From a bacterium (lineage in GTDB: Bacteria > SAR324 > XYD2-FULL-50-16 > G965216635), in NCBI GenBank assembly GCA_965216635.1, contig OZ244188.1, positions 352,001 through 416,000 on the forward strand: a stretch of 64,000 nucleotides of DNA, read 5' to 3'. Positions 16,920 to 26,473 of this stretch are shown here, piece after piece. Position 1 is the first letter of the stretch. Every line of letters begins with the position of its first letter. The position numbers were made by a program, and so were the translations under genes. The notes beneath the pieces were generated by a model. The model made no database searches. It was not told the origin of the DNA and saw nothing but the letters and a program-made list of their open reading frames with translations.

Positions 16920-19900
16920 TTAATTCAAATTACTATCTATTTTTTGGATAACTACAGCTGTAGTTTTTAGAGCGAGAATAATCTTTTGGTAATGTTCAAT
17001 ATCTTCGTTGTTTAAAATTCTGTCTTTTCTATCTCTGAGCCATTTTTGTGCGGGTTGATAGCATCCAATAAAAAAATCCCAAGCCACTTTTGGGACTTTG
17101 CCGAAATATTGTGTTTTGTTGATATAAACTTTGCCTAGTTTAGAGTCATCGTCTGCATCAAAATAAATTTTTTCTACTAGGTTGTTTCCTTGAATATCAT
17201 AGTTTGTGATTAGGTTCTGTATACTGGCAAACTTTTCCCCTTGTAATAAATGGGTTTGTCTTAATTGGCTACCGAGTTTTACTAGCTTTTTGAATTTTTC
17301 TTTGTCTTCGGGGTAAGGCACTCTTGGGAAATCAATTTTTAAAAATTCTTTGTATTTTTCACGGTAATTAGGCGAATGCAAAACCGCATAAATATAGTCT
17401 AGCAAATCCAAAGGAGAAAAATTTCCAGTATTTTTTGCTTCGGGCAATTCGTGGTCTGCAATAAATTTCAACCCTAGTTTTTGCTCTATTTCCGCAACGA
17501 TTTCTTGGTTTAGGTTTGCTGTTCTTTCTTCTGTATCTATAGAATTGTGATCATTATAAAGATAGAGAGGAAAAAAATAATTCGCTTCTTGTCCTTTATT
17601 TGATATGTAACATCTATCAGAAACCCTTGTACTAATAAAAGAGTGATTATAAGATTTACTTGATAATATTTTAGTTGTTACAAGAGAAAAGTTATCTTTT
17701 TTAAAGTGTTTCATTAGAGATTGTCTCAATCTCTGTATATGCTTATTGTTATATAAGAAATAGTGATTATCAAATATTCTATAATTATATTTTATAATAT
17801 CATTTGTAATAAAATCTAAAGAGTTTGATTGTAAATTTTTCATTAAATCTTCTTTATTATTAGCAACAAAGATTTTATCTTTCCCTGTCGCTGTTCCAAC
17901 ATTAGATAGACTAAAGATTTTTTTTAAAGAAACCATTTTATCATACTCTTCTTGCGCAGAAAAATCTTTCGGCACAAAAAAACAAGAAGATTCTTTATAG
18001 TTTAGTTTTTTAAAAGGCATTTTCTCTAAATCACCTTCCCAAAGTCTTTGGTATTTATCTTCTCTTTTACCATAAGAATCTAAATAAAATACATCGGCTA
18101 ATTTTCCTTGTTTTTTGTTATTTTTGATAAATATAGAAATGACTACACCTTCTTTAATATTAAATACATTTTTATCATCCCTCCCATCTCGGTTAATATC
18201 ACCATGCAAATTGTAGATATAGATACAATCAAAGGTCTCTAATAAATGCTTACGCATCTGTCTATAGGTTGGTCCGTATAGAAAAGAATTGCTAGTAATC
18301 ATAGCTACAATTCCATCGCCTGTTTTTTGAATATAATACTCTGCCATACGGATAAACTTTATATAATCATTTGAAAGAGGTTGAATATTTTTTTCATTGA
18401 GATTTTCTTTATATTCTTTAATTTTTTTTAGAATCCATTCCCCTTTGTTTTTACTACGGCGAAGATAAGGTGGGTTGCCAAAAGCTACCATTACAGAAGT
18501 TTCTCTTTTGATTTGGTCTGCTTCTTTAGATTCTTTTTCAAGTAAATCCTTTGGAGGAAGCCTATCTTGATTTTCTTTGGGTTGTTCTAAAGCATTGGTG
18601 AGATAAACTCCTAGTCTTTGTTGAGAGTTAAGCTGTGTATAACCTGTTTCTTTTAAAAGCAAATTTATTTTTAAATGACACATTGCATAAGCACTCATTA
18701 AAATTTCAAACCCGTGCAAACGGGGAAGTAAATGCTCTTCTACATAACCAGACCAAAGCCCAGCTTGTCCTTGAAATGTTTTATAAATTTGTTTAATTAC
18801 TTCTGCCAGAAAACTTCCAGTGCCAGTTGCCACATCTAAAAGTTGCACCTTGTGTAATTCTCTTTTTTTCTCTCGCTTGCCTTCTTTGACTGAAATAGTA
18901 ATTTTACTCTTATCAGCTATACCTTCGGGCAGACTGAAATGGTTTTTTAAGACGCTATCCATTGCTCGCACAATAAAATTGACTACAGGTGCTGGAGTAT
19001 AATAAACTCCTCTTTCTTTCCGTTCTGCAGGGTTATATTCTTTTAAAAAGTCTTCATAAAAATAGATAGCTGGGTCTTCATTTCTTTGATCTTGTTTCCT
19101 CAATCTTTTCATACCCTCTAAAATCTTTTCTATATCTGTTTCTCCAAAAAATTCGCAAAGTTCTTCTACTTCTTCTCTAATTTCTTCATTTTTTAGTTTT
19201 GGGATAATATTTGTAAAAAGCTCTTTTAAGAAAGGAAAATTTTCAGGTATGTATTCATAGGCTTGGTTTCTAGAAAATTTCTCTCTTTTGCTGCTATTAA
19301 ATTTATTATAATAAATACGGGCTACAAATAAACCATAGGTGATGGTCTCAGCATAAACGCTTGCAAATCTCTCTACTGTAATATCATAAATAAGATTACT
19401 TTTGAAAAAATTAAAGTGTGTTTTTGTTGAGCCAGGTTCTTTATGAGCTAGTTCTCGTTTAAGAACTGTTTGAAAGGCAGTTGCCATAAATTTAGTTTTT
19501 TTTGCCATTATCTTGGCTAGTTTTTTTGGAGTGCCGATAGATTTTCCTTCATAACCACAAAAATCTTCTAAAAGCTCCGTAAATTTATCAAAATTTTTTT
19601 GTAAGGGAATAATTTTATCGTTTTTAAATTCTGCAATTTTCACAAAGTCTCGTTTTTTGCCTTTTTTGTAGTGGATAAATTCTAGGTAGTTCGTGAAAAT
19701 AAGATTTTCAAATTTTCCTTTATAGCGAACAAGTTGATTAGTGTTTTCTAGTTTTTTTAAATCAGCATCAAGTTTTTTAGTTTCTATTTTACCTATAGAG
19801 ATTTGCGATTTTGAAATATCAAAATCTGGAGATTCAGAACCATCTTTTTCAGGTTCTTGAATAACAGAAATAGTTTCGCTTAAAAAAGCTTTTAGATATG

Positions 19901-19988
19901 TTTCTAAAGGAGAACGGAAGCTATGTTCTTTTGTCCCACCATCAGCGTATGTTTTTTGGATTTCTTTGAGGTATTCTGTGATTTTCAT
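16920..19988 (-). CDS. Single-chain restriction-modification enzyme: N6-adenine methylase with type ISP-like C-terminal specificity domain
   Basis: PDF..IETK nuclease-like N-terminus, GVYYTP, LDVATGTGSFL, GNPPY, YIYAVLHSPNYREKY..FPRVP, GCYQPAQKWL. Confidence 0.85.
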   Translation of the reverse strand: MKITEYLKEIQKTYADGGTKEHSFRSPLETYLKAFLSETISVIQEPEKDGSESPDFDISKSQISIGKIETKKLDADLKKLENTNQLVRYKGKFENLIFTNYLEFIHYKKGKKRDFVKIAEFKNDKIIPLQKNFDKFTELLEDFCGYEGKSIGTPKKLAKIMAKKTKFMATAFQTVLKRELAHKEPGSTKTHFNFFKSNLIYDITVERFASVYAETITYGLFVARIYYNKFNSSKREKFSRNQAYEYIPENFPFLKELFTNIIPKLKNEEIREEVEELCEFFGETDIEKILEGMKRLRKQDQRNEDPAIYFYEDFLKEYNPAERKERGVYYTPAPVVNFIVRAMDSVLKNHFSLPEGIADKSKITISVKEGKREKKRELHKVQLLDVATGTGSFLAEVIKQIYKTFQGQAGLWSGYVEEHLLPRLHGFEILMSAYAMCHLKINLLLKETGYTQLNSQQRLGVYLTNALEQPKENQDRLPPKDLLEKESKEADQIKRETSVMVAFGNPPYLRRSKNKGEWILKKIKEYKENLNEKNIQPLSNDYIKFIRMAEYYIQKTGDGIVAMITSNSFLYGPTYRQMRKHLLETFDCIYIYNLHGDINRDGRDDKNVFNIKEGVVISIFIKNNKKQGKLADVFYLDSYGKREDKYQRLWEGDLEKMPFKKLNYKESSCFFVPKDFSAQEEYDKMVSLKKIFSLSNVGTATGKDKIFVANNKEDLMKNLQSNSLDFITNDIIKYNYRIFDNHYFLYNNKHIQRLRQSLMKHFKKDNFSLVTTKILSSKSYNHSFISTRVSDRCYISNKGQEANYFFPLYLYNDHNSIDTEERTANLNQEIVAEIEQKLGLKFIADHELPEAKNTGNFSPLDLLDYIYAVLHSPNYREKYKEFLKIDFPRVPYPEDKEKFKKLVKLGSQLRQTHLLQGEKFASIQNLITNYDIQGNNLVEKIYFDADDDSKLGKVYINKTQYFGKVPKVAWDFFIGCYQPAQKWLRDRKDRILNNEDIEHYQKIILALKTTAVVIQKIDSNLN

Positions 19989-20011
19989 AGTTTTAAAAAT
20001 AAAATTTTCAC

Positions 20012-20818
20012 TCAATTTTCTTTATCAATAATACTACATACCAGTTTTAGAATATTTTTTTCTTGAATTATTTTATGCACTTTATAGCCTTTTTCGTGAA
20101 TAAATTCTGCTGTGGTTTCTCCAAGTGCTGCGATTTTACCATTGAATTTCAAATTTTGTTTATCGCTGATAGAGAGTAAATGCCTAAAAGTAGAAGGACT
20201 ACTAAAGAGCATCCAATCGGGAGGTTCATTTTTTAGATAATGAGACATAGCAGTTTCGCTTCCTTTTGGTATACGGTTGTAATAGATGGTTTGTTGCATT
20301 AGCTTTGCCTTCTTTTTTTCTAAAAATTCTTTAAATTCTATGCCCGCTAAATTGGAACAAGGAAACCAAAAATTTTTTTTTTCTAGATACATAGAGCCTA
20401 AAAATTTTATCAATCCAGTTGTATTTTGGATTGGAGGCATTAAAGAAATAAAAGATTCTTTTTTGATTTTTGCTCTAGTTTGTTCTCCTATGGCAATCCA
20501 TTGTTTGTCGCGTAGGTTTGCTTTATTTATCTCAAGGGTTTTGAGTCTTTGAAAAAACAATTCTACTGCGTATTGACTAGTGAGTATGATAGCATCTACG
20601 TAGGGTAGATTTTTAGTAGTGTTGTCAAATTCATACCAATCTTTTGTAGGAAACAATTCAATTAAAGGAAGAGAAATGATTTTTGTTAAGGTTCTTTGCA
20701 GTCTTTTTTCTAATTTAGGAATAATAGCATCTACCCGTTTTTGAGCGGAGGTGACTAAAATTGTTGTTTTTGGTTTTGTTGCCACAGTTTTATTAGCATT
20801 AAGTGAGACCTTTGCCAT
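20012..20818 (-). CDS. hemD: Uroporphyrinogen-III synthase (start uncertain; the ATG lies in a MITE end)
   Basis: ILTSQYAV, AIGEQT, FSSPST, ALGETTA motifs. Confidence 0.75.
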   Translation of the reverse strand: MAKVSLNANKTVATKPKTTILVTSAQKRVDAIIPKLEKRLQRTLTKIISLPLIELFPTKDWYEFDNTTKNLPYVDAIILTSQYAVELFFQRLKTLEINKANLRDKQWIAIGEQTRAKIKKESFISLMPPIQNTTGLIKFLGSMYLEKKNFWFPCSNLAGIEFKEFLEKKKAKLMQQTIYYNRIPKGSETAMSHYLKNEPPDWMLFSSPSTFRHLLSISDKQNLKFNGKIAALGETTAEFIHEKGYKVHKIIQEKNILKLVCSIIDKEN

Positions 20819-21077
20819 TAATGAAATTAGGCATTATAGGAAAGCTAGGCAAGGCAAAAAATTTAGCTCGCAGAAATATCGTAGTGCCACAATAATGGGA
20901 GCAGGGACACCACACAATCTGCATAATCCCTAAAAAGAAATTTAAAAGCTCCAGTGGAGTTTTTACTATAGTCCTTGTGAAATAGATAGCAATAAGAAAG
21001 TATTTCAAGAGGCAATTTTTTTTTTAACGCCGAATAGCCGAACTAGAATGTCTGATTTCACTATTGGCAAAGCTCTC
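20805..21077. mobile_element. Palindromic MITE-like element, long form, 273 bp
   Basis: gagacctttgccattaatgaaattaggcatt ... aatgtctgatttcactattggcaaagctctc; flanks TAAGT/AAAGT. Confidence 0.85.
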
Positions 21078-21729
21078 AAAGTTTATTGGAGATATCTAAA
21101 GCTTCAGATTCATTGCCAAATTCATCTGCATAAAATAGTTTTAAGGATTGTAGTTTGTCAGGTAATAAAAAAACAAGTTGATCTTCTTCAATCTGATAGA
21201 TGGGATAAATACTTTGGTCTCCATAAACTAGCACTGTGTAGTTTTTTCTGTTTGCAAAGTAGGCTGATAGAGTAGATGTTCCATCCACTTTAAAATGAAT
21301 CCTAAGCGAACTTGCCTTTGGTTGTGGAGGCACTTTATCGCTAGCAACGGCTCTTTTCCAACCAGAAAAATAATCTATTTTATTATCTAAAAAAACTGCT
21401 TGAAAAAAAGAATTTTTTACTAAAAAGGGAAGATAAGTGATTTCAAAACCATCTTTTATTGCTTTTTTAGATACGCTAGATTCTTTGTAATCTAAAAAAT
21501 TTTTACCATTAGAGGATATTTGTATTCCTACTTTTGAAAGAGTAAAACTCGCAAGGTATTTTTGTTTTATTTTACCACGAACGATCAATAAAGGATCGCG
21601 GTAAAAAACTTGGTAAGAATCAAGCCAGTTATCATCTTTTAGCACAGTTGGCGTGGTCGGTTCTATTTTTCTACCGCAGCCTGAAACTAAAAATAAGAAA
21701 AAAACAGCTAATAAGAAACGAAATTTCAT
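21076..21729 (-). CDS. Hypothetical lipoprotein
   Basis: MKFRFLLAVFFLFLVSG-C lipobox; start chosen at 21729. Confidence 0.65.
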   Translation of the reverse strand: MKFRFLLAVFFLFLVSGCGRKIEPTTPTVLKDDNWLDSYQVFYRDPLLIVRGKIKQKYLASFTLSKVGIQISSNGKNFLDYKESSVSKKAIKDGFEITYLPFLVKNSFFQAVFLDNKIDYFSGWKRAVASDKVPPQPKASSLRIHFKVDGTSTLSAYFANRKNYTVLVYGDQSIYPIYQIEEDQLVFLLPDKLQSLKLFYADEFGNESEALDISNKL

Positions 21730-21828
21730 AATCTGTACAGGTGATATAGATAGATAGATATTTGTTTTCATATTTGTCAAGCAAAATTTCAAAAGACAAA
21801 TCTGCATAGGTTAAACAGAACGCAAAGA

Positions 21829-24105
21829 CTATTGGATTACTACTTTTTTCTTCTGCATACTTGCTAATTTTAGCTTACCTACAATTGCAGCTTTATGGTA
21901 GCCAGCTGCATGCAATTGATTTACCAAATTTATGGCATTTTTGGAGGCTAAAATGATTACAAAACCTCCACAGGTTTGAGGCTCAAAAAAGGTGTTGTAT
22001 TGAGTATTACTGAATTTTATGGATGTATCTTTTAAAAAAGACATTCTGTTTTTAGAAAAATTCACTTCTTCTTCAGAAAAATTCACTTCTTTAGTAGAAG
22101 AATTTAATTCTTCAAAACCATCTAAAAAAGGCATGTTGCGAACATTAATTTCTAAGTGATAAGACGGAGGTAGATTATGAAAAATACTATCTAAAAAACC
22201 CTTTCCAGCCACATAGCTACAAAAACTGTAACTGGATTTGTTTAGAATTTCTGCTGCTGTTTTATTGGACTGTAAGAAGTGTTGTAGTAAATTTTCATAC
22301 CAAGAGCCTTTGATTTTATTTTGTTGCAAAGCAAGTAATAAACTTCCAGTTCCCAGCGGTTTTGTTAAAACTAATGAATGTCCGTATTCTATTGCTATTT
22401 TAGGATTTGTTATAGCAGTGCCTGTCACAGAAAAACCCAACCCATTTTCTTCTTCTCCTTGTCGGCTATGTCCTCCTATTATTTTCACTTGATCTTTGGA
22501 GAAGATATCGTTAGCTCCTAATAGCATTTTTTCAAATGAATCTTTTACAATATTATCTGTAGCTTTTTTTAAAGAAACAATAGAAAAAGCATTTATAGGT
22601 TTTCCTCCTCCAGCGTAAATACTGCTGATACAATGATTGGCTACCAATTTTCCGAACAGATAAGGATCTGGTAAGCATTCATTCAAAAAATGAATGGATT
22701 GTAAGTATTTTTTTTGACCTATACTGTAGTTATTTGTAGTAGAAAATTTCTTATCAGAAAAAATAGAATTTTCACTGGAAAAATGTTGCGATAATTTTTC
22801 TAAACTCTGATCCAATAATCTAGTAGATAATTCTCTTGCGGTAGCTAGTTTTTTTACAGTTTGTCCCGTTTGATGATAAACAATAGTTTTATTTTTTTTA
22901 AAAAAAGATGATTTAATTTCTACATTTTTATTTTCTATAAAATTTGTATTGTTGTATTTTCTGATAAAATTCTTATCCCTTATTGTTTTCAACTTCCAAA
23001 TCAGACGCCCTTTTAAGTGTAATTTTTTCCAAAGTAACACGGCGTATTTATCGCCTGTAGACACATAATAAAAATAAGATTTTTGAGGTATATATTTTTT
23101 TAGTTTTTTCTCTTTTAAACAATTCTTAATGTTTTTATAAAGCGTTATTCCTTGTTTTGTTGCATAGACTTGAACTTTTGGAATATTTTTGTTTTCTATA
23201 CTAGCCCCAGTAGACTTAATATCACCTACAGCAAAAATGTCAGAAGAAGACACAGATTGTAGATAATCGTTAACACAAACAAACTCGTTTTTATCCAATT
23301 TTAAGTTACTATTTCTAATCCATTCATCAGAACTTGTTTGGGTACAAAAAAGAACCTTATCTGCTTTAAAAACATTTTTATTTTCACAAATTAATTCATC
23401 TTTTCCTACGCTCGTCACCTGCTGGTTAGTAAAAACTGTAACTCCTTTTTTTTCAAGAAATGCAGAAAAAATATTTCTAATCCTAGGATTAAATTGTGAT
23501 AAAATTTTATTCTCAGGAGTGAAAATAGTTAACTGAAAAGTTTCCAGTGCCTTTACTTTTTTGTTTAATTCTTCCAATACGCGATGTTGGATTGCTAACG
23601 CTATTTCTATGGCGTCTATTTCAGCGCCAACAATTGCCAACTGATAAACTTTAGTTTTTTGAGTAATTTCATTGATTAGTTGCTCTAAACTTTTAAAAAA
23701 TTCTGTAAGAGGGTTTATAGAAATAGCTGTTGTAGAAGAAATTTGTTGAGACAAACTCACACGAGAACCTAAATTTAATGAGAGCAAGTCGTAATAAATT
23801 TCCACTCCATTATCTAAAGTAAGAATTTTTTCAACGGGGTCTATTTTTTTTAGACTGTTATAAATGAAATGGATTCCGCCTCTGTTTGTCAAAGCCACCA
23901 AATCTATATGGCTCTCAGTAAAACTGAAATGTCCTGCAATATAGCCAGGTAGCATTCTGTTATGAGTTTTGTAAAAAGAATCAGAAATAAAATAGATTTG
24001 TAAGTGAGAAAACGGTTTATTTTCAAACTTTTGTAAAATATGTAAATGGGCGTCTCCAGCACCTACAAGCACGAGTCTTTTTATCTTAAAATTTTTATCA
24101 TTCAT
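21829..24105 (-). CDS. FAD-dependent oxidoreductase-SelD fusion homolog, SelD catalytic motifs degenerate
   Basis: N-terminal LVLVGAGDAH, MLPGYIAG, IFAVGD; C-terminal DPYLFG, IGGHS, LTKPLGTG, PQTCGG. Confidence 0.8.
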   Translation of the reverse strand: MNDKNFKIKRLVLVGAGDAHLHILQKFENKPFSHLQIYFISDSFYKTHNRMLPGYIAGHFSFTESHIDLVALTNRGGIHFIYNSLKKIDPVEKILTLDNGVEIYYDLLSLNLGSRVSLSQQISSTTAISINPLTEFFKSLEQLINEITQKTKVYQLAIVGAEIDAIEIALAIQHRVLEELNKKVKALETFQLTIFTPENKILSQFNPRIRNIFSAFLEKKGVTVFTNQQVTSVGKDELICENKNVFKADKVLFCTQTSSDEWIRNSNLKLDKNEFVCVNDYLQSVSSSDIFAVGDIKSTGASIENKNIPKVQVYATKQGITLYKNIKNCLKEKKLKKYIPQKSYFYYVSTGDKYAVLLWKKLHLKGRLIWKLKTIRDKNFIRKYNNTNFIENKNVEIKSSFFKKNKTIVYHQTGQTVKKLATARELSTRLLDQSLEKLSQHFSSENSIFSDKKFSTTNNYSIGQKKYLQSIHFLNECLPDPYLFGKLVANHCISSIYAGGGKPINAFSIVSLKKATDNIVKDSFEKMLLGANDIFSKDQVKIIGGHSRQGEEENGLGFSVTGTAITNPKIAIEYGHSLVLTKPLGTGSLLLALQQNKIKGSWYENLLQHFLQSNKTAAEILNKSSYSFCSYVAGKGFLDSIFHNLPPSYHLEINVRNMPFLDGFEELNSSTKEVNFSEEEVNFSKNRMSFLKDTSIKFSNTQYNTFFEPQTCGGFVIILASKNAINLVNQLHAAGYHKAAIVGKLKLASMQKKKVVIQ

Positions 24106-24791
24106 ATTAATAAACCAGTTACGAGCCCAATCAGCCCTCCAAAAACTCCTCCCCATACAACCAACCAGCCTAAGTGTTCTCGGATAATATTTTCTACTAA
24201 TTCTTTCACTTTTTGAGGGGTTAATTTTTCAAGTTCGCTTTGAATAATAAACTGAATAGATTTTAAAAAATCAGGGTAGTTATCTTTTGCGAAAAGCATA
24301 TCTGCGATATTTTTTTTTTTTAGTTCTTTATTTACACTAGTTACAAAAGGTATCCTAAAATTTTCCAAAATAGCGTTTCCACCAAGCGCAAACAGAAAAT
24401 TTCCAGCAGTGTTAGACTGTTGAATTTTTTCTATTAGCTTGTCAAATAATTTTTCAGCGTCTATCATATTTTCTATTTTTTGTTTTAAATTAGGTGAGTT
24501 TTTTAAATCTAGAAAATTTTTCTCACTAAAAAAATTTTCTAGTATCATATTTTTAACGGCTTTTTTAAATACTTCAAATTTGTTAGGAATAATACCACTA
24601 CCAAACAAAAAAGGAATTTTTTCAAATAACATATAAACCGCTAACCAGTTGGTAAGAGCGCCTGAAAGCGAAAAAAGTGCTGAAATTCTAACCAAAGAAG
24701 CAAGGTTTCCCATCAGAAGAAAACTTCCTAAAAAACACAACCCTGCGATCAAATTAGTGGCAAGGCTTTTATTAAAAGTAAAGGCTTTCAT
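24102..24791 (-). CDS. DUF445 family membrane protein
   Basis: SGALTNWLAVYMLFEKIPFLFGSGIIP, HLGWLVVWGGVFGGLIG. Confidence 0.85.
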   Translation of the reverse strand: MKAFTFNKSLATNLIAGLCFLGSFLLMGNLASLVRISALFSLSGALTNWLAVYMLFEKIPFLFGSGIIPNKFEVFKKAVKNMILENFFSEKNFLDLKNSPNLKQKIENMIDAEKLFDKLIEKIQQSNTAGNFLFALGGNAILENFRIPFVTSVNKELKKKNIADMLFAKDNYPDFLKSIQFIIQSELEKLTPQKVKELVENIIREHLGWLVVWGGVFGGLIGLVTGLLI

Positions 24792-25604
24792 TTAAAAAAC
24801 AGAAAAAATGTAATTTGTATTTACAATTTTATTCAAAAAAGGAATACTAGTTCCAGTATCATCGGCTATTTCAATAAAAATCAACGAACTTTTTTGAGGC
24901 ACAGAAAAACGAAAAACAAGCCTCTTTTTCGTTGTCTTTAAAGGAATTTGTTTGATTAAGTTTGCGGTTTTATCCAATAGTCTCAAAACGGGTTTTAAAT
25001 TACTTTTATTAAGAATAATAATTTCCAAATTCCATTTTTTTTTATTTGTTGTATCAATAGAATAAAAATCTTTATCTCCACTGCCATTGAGAGTGGCAAA
25101 AACTTTCAAATTTGCACCAATAGGATTATAGGATAACAGATTGTTGTTGTTCTCTTTTTCTTGAAATTTTGGATACCATAAAAAATACTCTTGGGTCGTC
25201 TCTAGCGCATTTCTTATTTCTATTTCTAAATCAACATCTTCAAAAGGAATAGGGTGATTGGAGCTAACAGAATCTTCAGGACTAAAAATTATCTCCAGTT
25301 TATTTTTAGGATTTAAAAGAACTAGCAAGGAAAAATTTTGTTTAGGCTCCAATAAAAAATTCAAAAAAGAACTCAAAGCTACTTTTAATTGTAGCTTATA
25401 GATATATTCATCAGCAAAATACCTAGTTGGAATATAGGTTTTTACCAAATCCTTGTTCTCTAAAATAAAATGTGTAAATAGATTTAGATCGCTGGATTGA
25501 TTGATTCCTTTTAGCCGTAGCGTAACCTCTTCTTTAGCAATCAGATTAAAATTCAAATTACCAAGCCAAATAACAAGACAAGCAACAAAAATAAGTATTC
25601 GCAT
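24792..25604 (-). CDS. Hypothetical secreted protein
   Basis: 270-aa ORF, signal-like N-terminus, DKDFY motif. Confidence 0.6.
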   Translation of the reverse strand: MRILIFVACLVIWLGNLNFNLIAKEEVTLRLKGINQSSDLNLFTHFILENKDLVKTYIPTRYFADEYIYKLQLKVALSSFLNFLLEPKQNFSLLVLLNPKNKLEIIFSPEDSVSSNHPIPFEDVDLEIEIRNALETTQEYFLWYPKFQEKENNNNLLSYNPIGANLKVFATLNGSGDKDFYSIDTTNKKKWNLEIIILNKSNLKPVLRLLDKTANLIKQIPLKTTKKRLVFRFSVPQKSSLIFIEIADDTGTSIPFLNKIVNTNYIFSVF

Positions 25605-25653
25605 CGTAGTTTATAGTAATATTAAGACAATATTACACAGATCAAACAGAATG

Positions 25654-26196
25654 TCAATGATTAGGTGGAAAATAGGCTTTCACGATAGACTCTTCTGTTT
25701 TTATACGAGGAGCTCCAATCAACTCTAAGCAATAAGGGATAGCTTCAAAAAGATTATCTAACGTCTCAGAAATAGAACGAGGTCTTCCCGGTAGATTTAC
25801 AATGAGGCAATTTTTACGAATTACAGCTACCTGACGCGATAAAATAGCGGTAGGCACATATTTTAGACTAATGGCTCTCATCTTCTCACCAAAACCAACC
25901 ATTACCTTATCAGCAATAGCCAAAGTAGCTTCAGGCGTTATATCCCTAGGAGCAGGACCTGTGCCTCCGCTTGTTAGAATCAAATGACATTTTTCTTTGT
26001 CTGCCCAGCTGCATAGAATTTTTTCTATTGGTTTTTGCTCGTCTGGTAAAATTTTCTGTAAAATCTCAAACTTACAGAGAACAGCCTTTTGTAACCATTT
26101 TTTCATAGCAGGACCGCTTAGATCCTCGTATTCTTTTTTGTAAGCTCTATCGCTTACTGTCAGCAGACCTACTTTAAAAATGTTGTCTAGCGCCAT
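25654..26196 (-). CDS. mog: Molybdopterin adenylyltransferase
   Basis: TVSDRA, GGTGPAPRDITPEAT, VPTAILSRQ, NLPGRP. Confidence 0.93.
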   Translation of the reverse strand: MALDNIFKVGLLTVSDRAYKKEYEDLSGPAMKKWLQKAVLCKFEILQKILPDEQKPIEKILCSWADKEKCHLILTSGGTGPAPRDITPEATLAIADKVMVGFGEKMRAISLKYVPTAILSRQVAVIRKNCLIVNLPGRPRSISETLDNLFEAIPYCLELIGAPRIKTEESIVKAYFPPNH

Positions 26197-26197
26197 C

Positions 26198-26446
26198 TCA
26201 TAAAATCTGGGTGATTTTGATACTGTAACTACTATCTTTCACAGCAAAAACTCCTCTAGCAACCACCCTATCTGCCACACAAATATCTATTTCTTGGTCG
26301 GCTGGTTGAGAGATAATAGGGCTGTTTTCTTCAAAATCTAGCAACTGAGAAAGAAGGATAGGGCGCTGGAACATACGAAAGGATAGTTTCACATTCCAGT
26401 TTTTCTTTTTAGATGTTAGTTCGGGTAGTAGTATTTTTTTTCCCAT
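26198..26446 (-). CDS. FliM/FliN (SpoA) C-terminal-like small protein
   Basis: IDICVADRVVARGVFAV..SYSIKITQIL resembles the SpoA domain. Confidence 0.55.
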   Translation of the reverse strand: MGKKILLPELTSKKKNWNVKLSFRMFQRPILLSQLLDFEENSPIISQPADQEIDICVADRVVARGVFAVKDSSYSIKITQIL

Positions 26447-26447
26447 T

Positions 26448-26464
26448 GCTAATTCAAAGGTCTC
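26448..26464. mobile_element. Isolated MITE right end
   Basis: gctaattcaaaggtctc matches the family TIR. Confidence 0.6.
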
Positions 26465-26473
26465 AAACAGTCT

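Noticed and set aside
16911..20040. Direct repeats flanking the R-M gene
   Set aside because: Only weak AT-rich similarity between the hemD end and the R-M end
20799..21008. 69-aa ORF resembling 34395-34604 as a conserved gene
   Set aside because: Both lie inside MITE copies and differ by frameshifts, so the similarity is at DNA level
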